Positions 8,244-16,136 of a stretch of 32,000 nucleotides of DNA are shown here, piece by piece (the stretch's first letter is position 1; each line of letters begins with the position of its first letter). This DNA is from Gemmata obscuriglobus (GTDB lineage Bacteria > Planctomycetota > Planctomycetia > Gemmatales > Gemmataceae), in NCBI RefSeq assembly GCF_008065095.1, contig NZ_CP042911.1, forward strand, positions 600,001 through 632,000, in the 5' to 3' direction. Position numbers and translations under genes: made by a program. The notes below the pieces were generated by a model. That model ran no database searches, was not told the origin of the DNA, and saw nothing but the letters and a program-made list of their open reading frames with translations.

Positions 8244-9002
8244 GTGACGGCAGCCGCGGTGTTCGACCAGGTGGTGAAGACGTACCCGACCGGCTTGCTC
8301 CGCCGGGGCGGGGTGCCGGCGCTCCGCGGGGTGAGCCTGACGGTCCCGGCCGGGCAGGTGTTCGGGCTGCTCGGGCCGAACCGGGCCGGCAAAACCACCC
8401 TCATCAAGCTCCTCCTCTCGCTCTGCCGGCCCACGTCGGGGGCGGTCACCCGGCTCGGCGCCCCGCTGGCCGACCGGGGCACGCTCGGGCGCGTCGGGTA
8501 CATGCACGAGAACCACGCGTTCCCGCGGTACCTGTCGGCGTCCGAGCTGCTCCGGTTTTACGGCGGGCTGTCGGGCGCTCCCGCCGGCGCGCTCGGCGGG
8601 CGCGTGGCGGCCCTGGTCGAGCGGGTCGGGCTCGCCGACCGCCAGGCCGAGCCGATCGCGCGGTTCAGCAAGGGCATGGTGCAGCGGCTCGGGCTGGCCC
8701 AGGCGCTCCTCAACGACCCGGACCTGCTCATCCTCGACGAGCCCACCGAGGGGCTGGACCTGTTCGGCCGGCAGCTGCTCCGCGCGGTGGTGCGCGAGCG
8801 CCGGGCCGCCGGGAAGACGGTGCTCCTGGTGTCGCACGTGCTGACCGAGGTGCAGGAGCTGTGCGACTCGGCCGCGGTGCTCGTGGCCGGCCGGGTGGCG
8901 TTCACCGGCACGCTCGCCGAGCTGCTCCGCGACCCGGAATCCGGCGCCGCCCGGACGCTCGAAGCCGCGCTCCAGCGGCTGTACCAGCCGGAGGCCGCAT
9001 GA
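8244..9002 (+). CDS. ABC transporter ATP-binding protein
   Basis: Walker A 'GPNRAGKTT', signature 'FSKGMVQR', Walker B 'LLILDEPTEGLD', H-loop 'LVSHV'. GTG start with GGAGG (8231-8235) 8 nt upstream. Confidence 0.9.
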   Translation: MTAAAVFDQVVKTYPTGLLRRGGVPALRGVSLTVPAGQVFGLLGPNRAGKTTLIKLLLSLCRPTSGAVTRLGAPLADRGTLGRVGYMHENHAFPRYLSASELLRFYGGLSGAPAGALGGRVAALVERVGLADRQAEPIARFSKGMVQRLGLAQALLNDPDLLILDEPTEGLDLFGRQLLRAVVRERRAAGKTVLLVSHVLTEVQELCDSAAVLVAGRVAFTGTLAELLRDPESGAARTLEAALQRLYQPEAA

Positions 9003-10195
9003 ACTCGCTGCCGGTGGCCATCCGCACCGCCCGCTGGATGGTGCGCGACACGTTCCGCCAGTCGCTCGCGACGAAGCTGTTCTGGGTGATGCTCGCGCTG
9101 ACCGCGGTGTGCGCGCTGTTCTGCCTGGGGGTGTCGGTGAGCGGGGACGCGCCTGGGCCGCAGCACCCGGACCAGCTCCCCCTGTACGTCAACCGGCTCG
9201 ACCTGCCCCAGATCGGGTGGGACAAGATCCGCCAGGACACGCTCGCCGGCACCAAGCGGGACGACGCGGCCCGGGTGGGGTGGGAGGAGGCGAAGCGGCT
9301 CGGGCTGAAGGGGTTCACCCTCGCCGACGCCGAGCGCACCGGGCGCGACGAGCTGCTGCGCCGCCGGATGGGGGCCGTCACGCCCGAGGAGACCGCGCGG
9401 GTCGGGCGCGAGACGGTCGAGAAGGAGGGGCTGCGGGTCGTGGACGGGCAGGTGTCGCTCGGGTTCGGGCTGCACACGTACCCGCTGCGGAAGACCCGCG
9501 AGGCGGCGGCCCGCGAGGTGCAGTTGTGGCTCGCCGGGGTCGCCGCCGACACGGTGGGCGTGCTCCTGGCGCTGCTCTGGACCGCGGGGTTCCTGCCCAC
9601 GTTCCTCGAACCGCACGCGGTCACGGTGCTGCTGGCGAAGCCGGCCCCGCGGTGGGCGCTGCTGGTCGGCAAGTGCGCCGGGGTGGTGCTGTTCGTCGCG
9701 CTCCATGCCACGATCTTCGTCGGCGCCACGTGGGTGTGCCTCGGCGTCGGGACGGGCACCTGGGACGCACGATACTGGCTCGCGGTGCCGCTCCTGGTGA
9801 CCAACTTCGCGGTGTTCTACGCGTTCAGCGCGTTCCTCGCGGTGTGCACCCGCAGCACCGTCGTGAGCGTGTTCGGCACGCTGCTGTTCTGGGTGCTGTG
9901 CTGGGCGATGAACTTCACCTACCTGCGCGTGACCGCGTTCCCGGTCGAGGGGCTCGCCCCGCTGTCGGCGTTCCTGGTCGAGGCCGGGTACTGGGTGCTG
10001 CCGAAGCCGCTGGACCTGAGCGGCATCTTCTTCGACGCGATGGACGCCGGCGCGTACTCGACGCCGGTCCCGGAGCTGGACGCGGTGAAGCAGAGCAAGC
10101 GGTTCCAGCCGGAGCTGTCGGTGCTGGCGTCGCTGGCGTTCGCGGTGGGCGTGCTGGCGGTCGCGGCCTACGAGTTCCGGACCCTGGATTACTGA
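8999..10195 (+). CDS. ABC-2-type transporter permease with a large extracytoplasmic loop
   Basis: I use the ATG at 8999, in frame within track ORF 8219..10195. It overlaps the ATPase stop as ATGA (8999-9002). Product MNSLPVAIRTARWMVRDTFRQSLATKLFWVMLALTAVCALFCLGV...: one TM, a hydrophilic loop of about 150 aa, then 5 further hydrophobic helices. Confidence 0.8.
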   Translation: MNSLPVAIRTARWMVRDTFRQSLATKLFWVMLALTAVCALFCLGVSVSGDAPGPQHPDQLPLYVNRLDLPQIGWDKIRQDTLAGTKRDDAARVGWEEAKRLGLKGFTLADAERTGRDELLRRRMGAVTPEETARVGRETVEKEGLRVVDGQVSLGFGLHTYPLRKTREAAAREVQLWLAGVAADTVGVLLALLWTAGFLPTFLEPHAVTVLLAKPAPRWALLVGKCAGVVLFVALHATIFVGATWVCLGVGTGTWDARYWLAVPLLVTNFAVFYAFSAFLAVCTRSTVVSVFGTLLFWVLCWAMNFTYLRVTAFPVEGLAPLSAFLVEAGYWVLPKPLDLSGIFFDAMDAGAYSTPVPELDAVKQSKRFQPELSVLASLAFAVGVLAVAAYEFRTLDY

Positions 10196-10229
10196 TCGGC
10201 CGGAGCCGCGCGCCCCGGGCAAGAAGACG

Positions 10230-10261
10230 CGCCGCCCATCAGGGCGCCTGATCGGGCGGCG
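10230..10261. terminator. Hairpin between convergent genes (permease / aminotransferase)
   Basis: cgccgcccatcagg (10230-10243) pairs with cctgatcgggcggcg (10247-10261): 14 bp with one bulged c and a 3-nt loop. Confidence 0.45.
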
Positions 10262-10406
10262 GGAGCGGGCACACTTCCATCGCTCGGACCAAGCCGGACT
10301 CGATCGGGAAGTGGTGGCCGACGTGCCCGCACACGTTACCGTAGTCCCATGCGGCGCGGATTCAGCCCAGCCGCACCGAGGACCGAGGGCCGTTGCCGCT
10401 CCGGCG

Positions 10407-11252
10407 TCACTCGGTTCCGCGCTGTGTGATGCGGGTGTACGCTTCGCGCACGCCCCGTGTGACCGCCCCCTCGATCCCGCGGCCGATGTCCGTTCCGTCG
10501 ATGCGCACGACCCCGATGACGCCGCACGCGGTCCCGGCGACGAACACCTCATCCGCCGCGAGCAGGTGTTCGAGCCGGAGCGGATCTTCAACGAGCGCGA
10601 GCCGGTCGGCGGTCGAATCGATGACCGCCGCACCGGTGTCGTCCCACGCCGCCCCGGACGCGAGTGTGAGCAAATCGCCCTTCACGGCGAACAGCACGCC
10701 TTCGGTGGCCCCCACGATCTCGCGGTTCCGGTTTTGGAGCAGCGCTTCGAGGCACCCGCTTTGAAGCGCGTGCTGCTTCGCGCGGACGATGTGGAGCTGG
10801 TTCAGCGTGCGGAACTGGTGCGCGGGGTTGTCGGCGTCCAGGAGCTGCGGCGAAACGACCGCGTGCAGCCCGTGGCCGTACAGCTCCTGCGGGAACGGCT
10901 GGTACTCTTCGGCGGTGATGAGCACTTGCGGTTCGAGCTTCCGCGGGTCCGGGCCGATCGTCCCCGGACCGCGGGTCACGAGCACGCGAACGTAGCCCTC
11001 GGTGCGGCTGTTCGCCCGGACCGTCGCCCCGATCGCTGCCAGCAGCTCGGCCGGCGAAAGGGGCACTTCGATCCCGAGTGCGCCGGCGGCCTTGGCGAGG
11101 GCGGAGAGGTGCTCCGGCGCGCGGAACGGCGCCCCGCCGAACACGCGCAGGTGCTCCCAGACACCGTCGCCGTACAGGAACCCGTGATCGAACGGGCTCA
11201 CGCGGGCGTCGAGCTTGTCAACGAGCGTGCCGTTGACCCAAACGAGAGACAT
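10407..11252 (-). CDS. Class IV (fold type IV) PLP aminotransferase (branched-chain / D-amino-acid aminotransferase or ADC-lyase-like)
   Basis: 281 aa. 'VSPFDHGFLYGDGVWEHLRVF', 'EGYVRVLVTRG', 'LHIVRAKQHALQSGCLEALLQN...VGATEGVLFAV' and 'DEVFVAGTACGVIGVVRIDG' match the family layout, including the Lys region. Confidence 0.8.
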   Translation of the reverse strand: MSLVWVNGTLVDKLDARVSPFDHGFLYGDGVWEHLRVFGGAPFRAPEHLSALAKAAGALGIEVPLSPAELLAAIGATVRANSRTEGYVRVLVTRGPGTIGPDPRKLEPQVLITAEEYQPFPQELYGHGLHAVVSPQLLDADNPAHQFRTLNQLHIVRAKQHALQSGCLEALLQNRNREIVGATEGVLFAVKGDLLTLASGAAWDDTGAAVIDSTADRLALVEDPLRLEHLLAADEVFVAGTACGVIGVVRIDGTDIGRGIEGAVTRGVREAYTRITQRGTE

Positions 11253-11261
11253 GGGGGCTCA

Positions 11262-11380
11262 GAGAATGCGGAATGCGGAATGCGGAATAGAAAGCAGCGG
11301 AATGCGGCACCGGAACACAGAGCCACCGCGTGACTCTTAATGTCTTTTATTCCGCGTTCCGGATTCCGCGCTCCGCATCG
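11262..11380. repeat. Heptamer (GAATGCG) tandem array with an inverted partner, forming a long imperfect hairpin
   Basis: gaatgcg x3 (11264-11284) followed by gaatag; a further gcggaatgcgg at 11298-11308. Inverted copies: ttattccgcg, ttccggattccgcg and ctccgcat (11347-11378). The region lies between the lolD stop (11382) and the aminotransferase start (11252). Confidence 0.75.
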
Positions 11381-11381
11381 A

Positions 11382-12116
11382 TCAGACCGCGGCTAACCGC
11401 GGGTGAAACGGCCCCCGCGGCTGCGGCGGGGCCTCCTCGATCATCATCCCGCCCGCCATTCGCACGACGCGGTCGGTTTCCGACACGATTTCGGTGTTGT
11501 GTGTGACCATCACGATCGTCACCTTCTCCTCGCGGTTGATCTGGCGGAGGAGGTGAACGATCTCGCCGCCGGCCTTGGCGTCGAGGTTGCCGGTCGGCTC
11601 GTCGGCCAGCAGCACCCGGGGCCGCATCAGCAGGGCACGCGCGATGGCGGTGCGCTGCATCTCGCCCCCGGACAGCTCCCGCGGCCTGTGCTTCAGCCGG
11701 TGCCCCAGCCCCATTTTCTCCAGCAGCTCTTCGGCCCGGTGGCGCAAGCGGGCGCGGTTGCGCCACCAGCCGAGCGTCGAGTTGCTGATGTAGGCGGGCA
11801 TTAGAACGTTGTCGAGCGCCGTGAGTTCCGGGAGCAGGTGGTAGAACTGGAAAATGTAGCCGAACGTCTCGTTGCGGAGCCGGTCGCGGGCGCGGCTCGG
11901 CAGGTTGTCGATCCGCTTGCCGTCGAGCAGCACCCGCCCGCCGTCCGGCTCGTCGAGCGTACCGAGCAGGTGCAGCAGCGTGCTCTTGCCCGAGCCGGAC
12001 GCGCCGATGATGCTCAGGAACTCGCCGGTCCGGACTTCCAGGTTCAGCCGGGTCAGCACCGGCACCTCGACGGCGTGCCGGCGGTACGTCTTCTGAAGGT
12101 TTTCCGCAATTAGCAT
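11382..12116 (-). CDS. lolD: LolD-type (MacB/LolD family) ABC ATP-binding protein
   Basis: I use the ATG at 12116 ([13 protein letters not shown]...). The 32 upstream codons of the track ORF only translate the heptamer repeat (MRDAELGMRDRNRR...). Walker A 'GASGSGKST', 'LSGGEMQR', '[11 protein letters not shown]', 'MVTHN'. Sits directly downstream of a LolC/E-type permease. Confidence 0.8.
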   Translation of the reverse strand: MLIAENLQKTYRRHAVEVPVLTRLNLEVRTGEFLSIIGASGSGKSTLLHLLGTLDEPDGGRVLLDGKRIDNLPSRARDRLRNETFGYIFQFYHLLPELTALDNVLMPAYISNSTLGWWRNRARLRHRAEELLEKMGLGHRLKHRPRELSGGEMQRTAIARALLMRPRVLLADEPTGNLDAKAGGEIVHLLRQINREEKVTIVMVTHNTEIVSETDRVVRMAGGMMIEEAPPQPRGPFHPRLAAV

Positions 12117-12127
12117 CGTTTCACCAG

Positions 12128-12213
12128 TTCGGAATGCGGAGTTCGGAATTCGGAATGAAGACCCGGAGGTGCGGCGGTTTCGGTCCCGCATTCCGAGTTC
12201 CGCATCCCGCATT
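12128..12213. repeat. Heptamer-array hairpin in the lolE-lolD intercistronic gap
   Basis: Left arm with 7-nt period: ttcggaa tgcggag ttcggaa ttcggaa (12128-12155). Right arm cgcattccgagttccgcatcccgcatt (12187-12213). About 20 of 27 positions are complementary by hand alignment. Same unit as at 11262-11380. Confidence 0.7.
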
Positions 12214-13690
12214 ACTCAAAGCGGAGCGCCTGAACCGGGTGCAGCCGGGCGGCCCGCCACGCCGGCAGCAGGCTGAACACGGTCGCGATCAGGACCGCGC
12301 CGACGTTCACGGCGATCACGGTGACCGGCTCGACGTTGGTCGGGATCTCTTTGAAGTAGTAGATGTCCTTCGGGAACACCGCGCGGCCGGTCAGGACCGT
12401 CAGGGCCGCTTCGATTTCGTTGATGTACCGCGTGACGGTGAGCCCCAGCGCGGTGCCGAGCAGGCTGCCCACGACGCCCAGCAGCAGCCCGTAGCTGAGG
12501 AAGATGGACATCACCCCGGCGCTCGACGCGCCGAGCGACTTCATGACGCCGATGTCGCGGTACTTCTCGCTGACGATCATCGTGAAGATGGCCAGGATGC
12601 TGAACCCCGCCACCCCGACGATCATGAACAGCAGGAGGTTCAGGATGCCGCGCTCGATGTCGATGGCCGACAGCAGCGGCCCCTGGTGCTCCTCCCACGT
12701 CGCCACGCGCACGTCGGCGTGCGGGAACACCTTGCGCAGCTCCTGGGTCACGAGCTCCTTGTCGCGGTCGTAGTTCTTGAGCTTGACCTGGAACGCGGTC
12801 GCCCGGCCGATCATCCCGCGGATGTGCTGCAACTGCTCGAGCGGCACGTACACGAAGCTCTGGTCGTACTCGCTCATCTCCGTCTTGAGGTAGTCGGTGA
12901 CGATGAACGAGCCCCACACCGGCTTCATCTCCTGGCCGCCGGCGGTGATGAGGACCACGTCGTCGCCGGGCTTCAGCACGCACTCTTCGACGGGCTGCCC
13001 GTTCTTGTCCTTGTACCGGAAGTGGGCGATCGAGTGGCCCGGGATCACGCCGTGCAGTTTCGGCTTGGGGATGCCGATGTGCTCGTCCATCTTCGGCTCG
13101 GGGATCGCGTCCGGCAGCGGCGGCAGCCCCTTGTCATTGAGCGGCGGAACGACGTTCCCGGCCTCGTAGCGGGCCTGCTTGATGTTCCACTCGTGCCGCT
13201 GGAGCGCCTCGGGGGTGAGGTCGAAACTCGGCCTGGGCGCGTCCTTCTGCCGCACGAGGTATTCGGAGAACCCGCCCACCTCCGCGCGCCCCTGCGGGTC
13301 CACCCCTATGAGCCGGACGGGCTTGGAAACGTTCGTGCCGTTGCACTGAAACCGGATGATCGCGAACGTCTCGATGGTGGGGGTGAGGGCCTCGATCCGG
13401 TCGCCCACCGGCCCGCTCTTGATCTTCGCGACGATCTCGTCGGGCGTCAGCGGCCGGCGCCGGTCCGGGTCGGGGTCGTCGCTGAGGACGTAAAACCCGT
13501 CGGGGCGGTCCGTGTCGACGACGACATCCGACAGCACCCCGTGGAGCCGGTCCTTGAGTTTGGTGCCGAACCCGCTCATGACCGCGTTCACCACGATCAG
13601 GGTGGCGACGCCGAGCATCACACTCACGATGCAGATGAACGCCAAGTAGCGCGTTTGCAGGTAGCGGACGCAGAGGAGCAGCTTGTACAC
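12212..13690 (-). CDS. LolC/LolE-family lipoprotein-releasing ABC permease (MacB-like periplasmic domain + FtsX domain)
   Basis: I start at the GTG (complement of cac 13688-13690), preceded by GGAAGGA. This gives VYKLLLCVRYLQTRYLAFICIVSVMLGVATLIVVNAVMSGF..., a typical LolC/E N-terminus. A large periplasmic domain follows, then the C-terminal FtsX helices '...LLLFMIVGVAGFSILAIFTMIVSEKYRDIGVMKSLGAS...'. The exact start is uncertain. Confidence 0.8.
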   Translation of the reverse strand: MYKLLLCVRYLQTRYLAFICIVSVMLGVATLIVVNAVMSGFGTKLKDRLHGVLSDVVVDTDRPDGFYVLSDDPDPDRRRPLTPDEIVAKIKSGPVGDRIEALTPTIETFAIIRFQCNGTNVSKPVRLIGVDPQGRAEVGGFSEYLVRQKDAPRPSFDLTPEALQRHEWNIKQARYEAGNVVPPLNDKGLPPLPDAIPEPKMDEHIGIPKPKLHGVIPGHSIAHFRYKDKNGQPVEECVLKPGDDVVLITAGGQEMKPVWGSFIVTDYLKTEMSEYDQSFVYVPLEQLQHIRGMIGRATAFQVKLKNYDRDKELVTQELRKVFPHADVRVATWEEHQGPLLSAIDIERGILNLLLFMIVGVAGFSILAIFTMIVSEKYRDIGVMKSLGASSAGVMSIFLSYGLLLGVVGSLLGTALGLTVTRYINEIEAALTVLTGRAVFPKDIYYFKEIPTNVEPVTVIAVNVGAVLIATVFSLLPAWRAARLHPVQALRFE

Positions 13691-13856
13691 GGTGGGATTC
13701 CTTCCCGGCACTGTCGGTGCGCGCACGCGGTCGCGGTGCTTGTAACACGATCGGCAGGCGAGGAAAAGGTGAAGTCGGAACGGCCGTAAGGCAGAAGGCC
13801 CCGCCACCAAGACGGCAGGAGCACGAAGACGCACCACTAGCCGCGATCAAACGGCA

Positions 13857-13870
13857 GCTATCGCGATAGC
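13857..13870. promoter_or_regulatory. Perfect 14-bp palindrome upstream of lolE
   Basis: gctatcgcgatagc is its own reverse complement. It lies about 170 nt upstream of the proposed lolE start. Confidence 0.3.
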
Positions 13871-14039
13871 GGCGGGAAATGTAGATCCGGAAGGGTAAGC
13901 CGATGGGGGACGGCACCGGTCTCGAAATGCGAAATCAGTTCTTGCGTGAACCCCCCGAAGCCCCCCTCGGATTCCGAGGAGCTTGGCCATTTCAGGTGGC
14001 CGACTCGAAATCCGTCGAAACCGGTCGTTTTCGGTGCCC

Positions 14040-14059
14040 GCGGTAGTAAATACTACCGC
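14040..14059. promoter_or_regulatory. 9+2+9 palindrome (operator-like)
   Basis: gcggtagta aa tactaccgc; the arms are perfectly complementary. It sits in the gene-free stretch 13691-14179. Confidence 0.3.
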
Positions 14060-14179
14060 TCATGATGTGACAACAGCCGGACCGCTCTGAGCCTGCGCGC
14101 GGGTGTCAGATCGCGGAGGGGTGAGTTCGGGCGCCTGCCCGACCTCTGCACGATCACACGAGGCGCAGCGCGCAGCCAA

Positions 14180-14596
14180 TTAACCGATGGTGTGCGGAGC
14201 AGCGTCGGATTCGGCCTCTTCGTTCCCGCGCCGGGCGGCCTGGTATGCCCCTACCCACGGCGACGCCAACCCGGCCCCGGCCGCCATGCACACGGCCGCC
14301 ATGCCGGCTACCAGTGCTGTCACCTCCGGCCTCGCCAGCACAACCGGCGAGGCCACCCCGAGAACGATCGCAAACGCGGCGGCGGCCAAGAACAGCCCGG
14401 CCACCAGCCACCTCGCCCACCCGGCCCCGTCCCACACCCGCCACAACAGCCAACCGGTCAGTAACACACGGCCAATCTGACTACCTTTGAATCGGCCGGC
14501 CTGGAGGCTAAAACCGGCCAGGGCCAGTTCCGACAAAGCTGTTACGACGATGATGGAAAGTAGCACCCACCGACCCAATCGAGCCTTACCGTCCAT
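14180..14596 (-). CDS. Small integral membrane protein, unknown function
   Basis: 138 aa with about 4 hydrophobic helices (WVLLSIIVVTALSELALAGF; VLLTGWLLW; LVAGLFLAAAAFAIVLGVA; ALVAGMAAVCMAAGAGLA). AGAGG is upstream of the ATG. Codon usage is atypical (many T/A-ending codons). The overlapping + strand ORFs are Pro/Ala/Thr-rich shadows. Confidence 0.55.
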   Translation of the reverse strand: MDGKARLGRWVLLSIIVVTALSELALAGFSLQAGRFKGSQIGRVLLTGWLLWRVWDGAGWARWLVAGLFLAAAAFAIVLGVASPVVLARPEVTALVAGMAAVCMAAGAGLASPWVGAYQAARRGNEEAESDAAPHTIG

Positions 14597-14758
14597 AACG
14601 CCTCTTATGGCCGAACAAAGAACTCACCTGCACCGCCATCATGGGATGAGCGATGCGTCACAGATCAGCGGGCGGTGTCAGGTGCAGCGCCGGGTTCGGC
14701 TCGCGATGCGGCTCCGCACCACTCGCTACGCGGGCTCACCGACGGGACCGCGTGCGAT

Positions 14759-14998
14759 CTACGCACTCGCCCCTGGGCGTGAGCCCGCGGACACCAGGAA
14801 CCGCCAACCCACCGCCGTGCCCCACAGGGTGACCACCGCCAGTGCCAGGAATCGCCAGGCCGGGTCCAGGTTCTCCCGCTTATCGGCAGCGGCCAGCAAG
14901 ACCCCAAGGACCGTGCAGGCGATCCCGATCAGTCCGGTGAGTCCGAGGGCGACTCGAACTACGCTGATGCGGTCTCGCGACGAATCCGGTTGCCCCAC
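14759..14998 (-). CDS. Small two-helix membrane protein, unknown function
   Basis: 79 aa with a GTG start preceded by GGAGG 6 nt upstream (complement of 15005-15009). Helices 'VALGLTGLIGIACTVLGVLLAA' and 'FLALAVVTLWGTAVGWRFLV'. Confidence 0.5.
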   Translation of the reverse strand: MGQPDSSRDRISVVRVALGLTGLIGIACTVLGVLLAAADKRENLDPAWRFLALAVVTLWGTAVGWRFLVSAGSRPGASA

Positions 14999-15512
14999 GT
15001 CTCCCCTCCGCCGAACCCGTGTTTAGTGTGCGAGGCTTCGCCCAATAACACGGGACTACTTCGCCCCGCGCGACACATGCCCGGGGCTGAACTCAATGCC
15101 GTAACATCGGCAACTCGAACGCAATTAGATTAGCACGCGACCGAGGCGCCAAGGGCAACCCGGCCGAGTTGCTCAACGACGAGCGTTGGCATCTGATCTC
15201 CGCCACTGCTGCGGCCTGCAAACCGACTCAAATAACTTGACTTGGCGCGCTGTGCCAACGACGCTTGAATTCAGCACCGCACTTGGCTTGTGACTTTTAC
15301 GGCTGTCTTGTTAAATAATAAGTTGCGCAATTTGTCAAAAGTCAAAAGTTAATATTTCTTCGTTGTGGACGACATTGCTGCCTTTGTAAGCAATGCGGTA
15401 CAAAAATTGAAGCCGCGCACATAGAGGACGAGGCCACACGCGGTGCATGATAAGACGGTGTACGAACGGGACCGGGTGGTGTGCCCTCAGGACGTGCCAC
15501 GCACCGGTGACA

Positions 15513-15589
15513 CGGCCTACTCGGGGACCGGGTTGAGTGCCCCGCGCCGGCGCCCGCCAAGGGCACGCTGACGGTCCGACAGTAGGCCG
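15513..15589. other. 77-nt nested hairpin 3' of the DMT gene (possible terminator or structured RNA)
   Basis: P1 cggcctact (15513-15521) / agtaggccg (15581-15589). P2 ggaccg (15525-15530) / cggtcc (15572-15577). P3 gtgccc (15537-15542) / gggcac (15561-15566). No U-tract on either strand. Confidence 0.35.
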
Positions 15590-15668
15590 GGAAGCGGCCG
15601 GGCGCGGCGCCGGATCGTGGTCGAGCCGGGATCGGGAAGATGAAGGTGTGGGCCTCGCGACCGAGCGG

Positions 15669-16118
15669 TCACAGGTACTTGACGCACACCACCCCGGCCA
15701 CGACGAGTACCGCGCCGAGCAGTCGGCCGGGTGTCAGTGCTTGCTGAGTCAGACCCATTAGCCCGAAGTGGTCGAGGGCGAGCGAGCACACCAACTGCCC
15801 CGCGACCACGAGGGCGATGAAGAGGGCGGCGCCGAGCCGCGGCGCGAGCGCGGCCCCGGCGAGCACGATGAGCGCCCCGAGCGGCCCGCCGATCCAGTTC
15901 CACCACGGCGTCTCGCGCACCGCGGTCATTTCCGGAACGCGGGGCCGCAACAGCAGAACGGCGAGCGTGGCGGTGATAATGGTGCCGCAGATCGACAGGT
16001 ACGCGGCGGCGAGCGGGTTGTCGCCGAGGTTCTTGCGGAAGTTCCCGTTGGCCGACGCTTGCAGCGCGATACACGCCCCGGCACCCGCGGCCAGAATCGC
16101 GAAAACGACGATGTTCAT
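15669..16118 (-). CDS. DMT-superfamily small transporter (YdcZ/DUF606-like)
   Basis: 149 aa with 5 hydrophobic helices. 'NIVVFAILAAGAGACIALQASANG', 'WWNWIGGPLGALIVLAGAALAPRLGAALFIALVVAGQLVCSLALDHFGLMG' and 'LLGAVLVVAGVVCV' match the YdcZ-type layout. Confidence 0.75.
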   Translation of the reverse strand: MNIVVFAILAAGAGACIALQASANGNFRKNLGDNPLAAAYLSICGTIITATLAVLLLRPRVPEMTAVRETPWWNWIGGPLGALIVLAGAALAPRLGAALFIALVVAGQLVCSLALDHFGLMGLTQQALTPGRLLGAVLVVAGVVCVKYL

Positions 16119-16136
16119 GCGGGGTGTTGTATCGCG

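Noticed and set aside
11264-11288. CRISPR array?
   Set aside because: The repeats are contiguous 7-mers with no spacers. Inverted partners form a hairpin, and there are no cas genes. This is a micro-satellite/REP-like element, not CRISPR.
15447-15536. 29-codon Cys-rich ORF MIRRCTNGTGWCALRTCHAPVTRPTRGPG in the gene-free region
   Set aside because: No SD and only moderate GC3. It overlaps the left arm of the nested hairpin, and it is too short to distinguish from chance in this composition.
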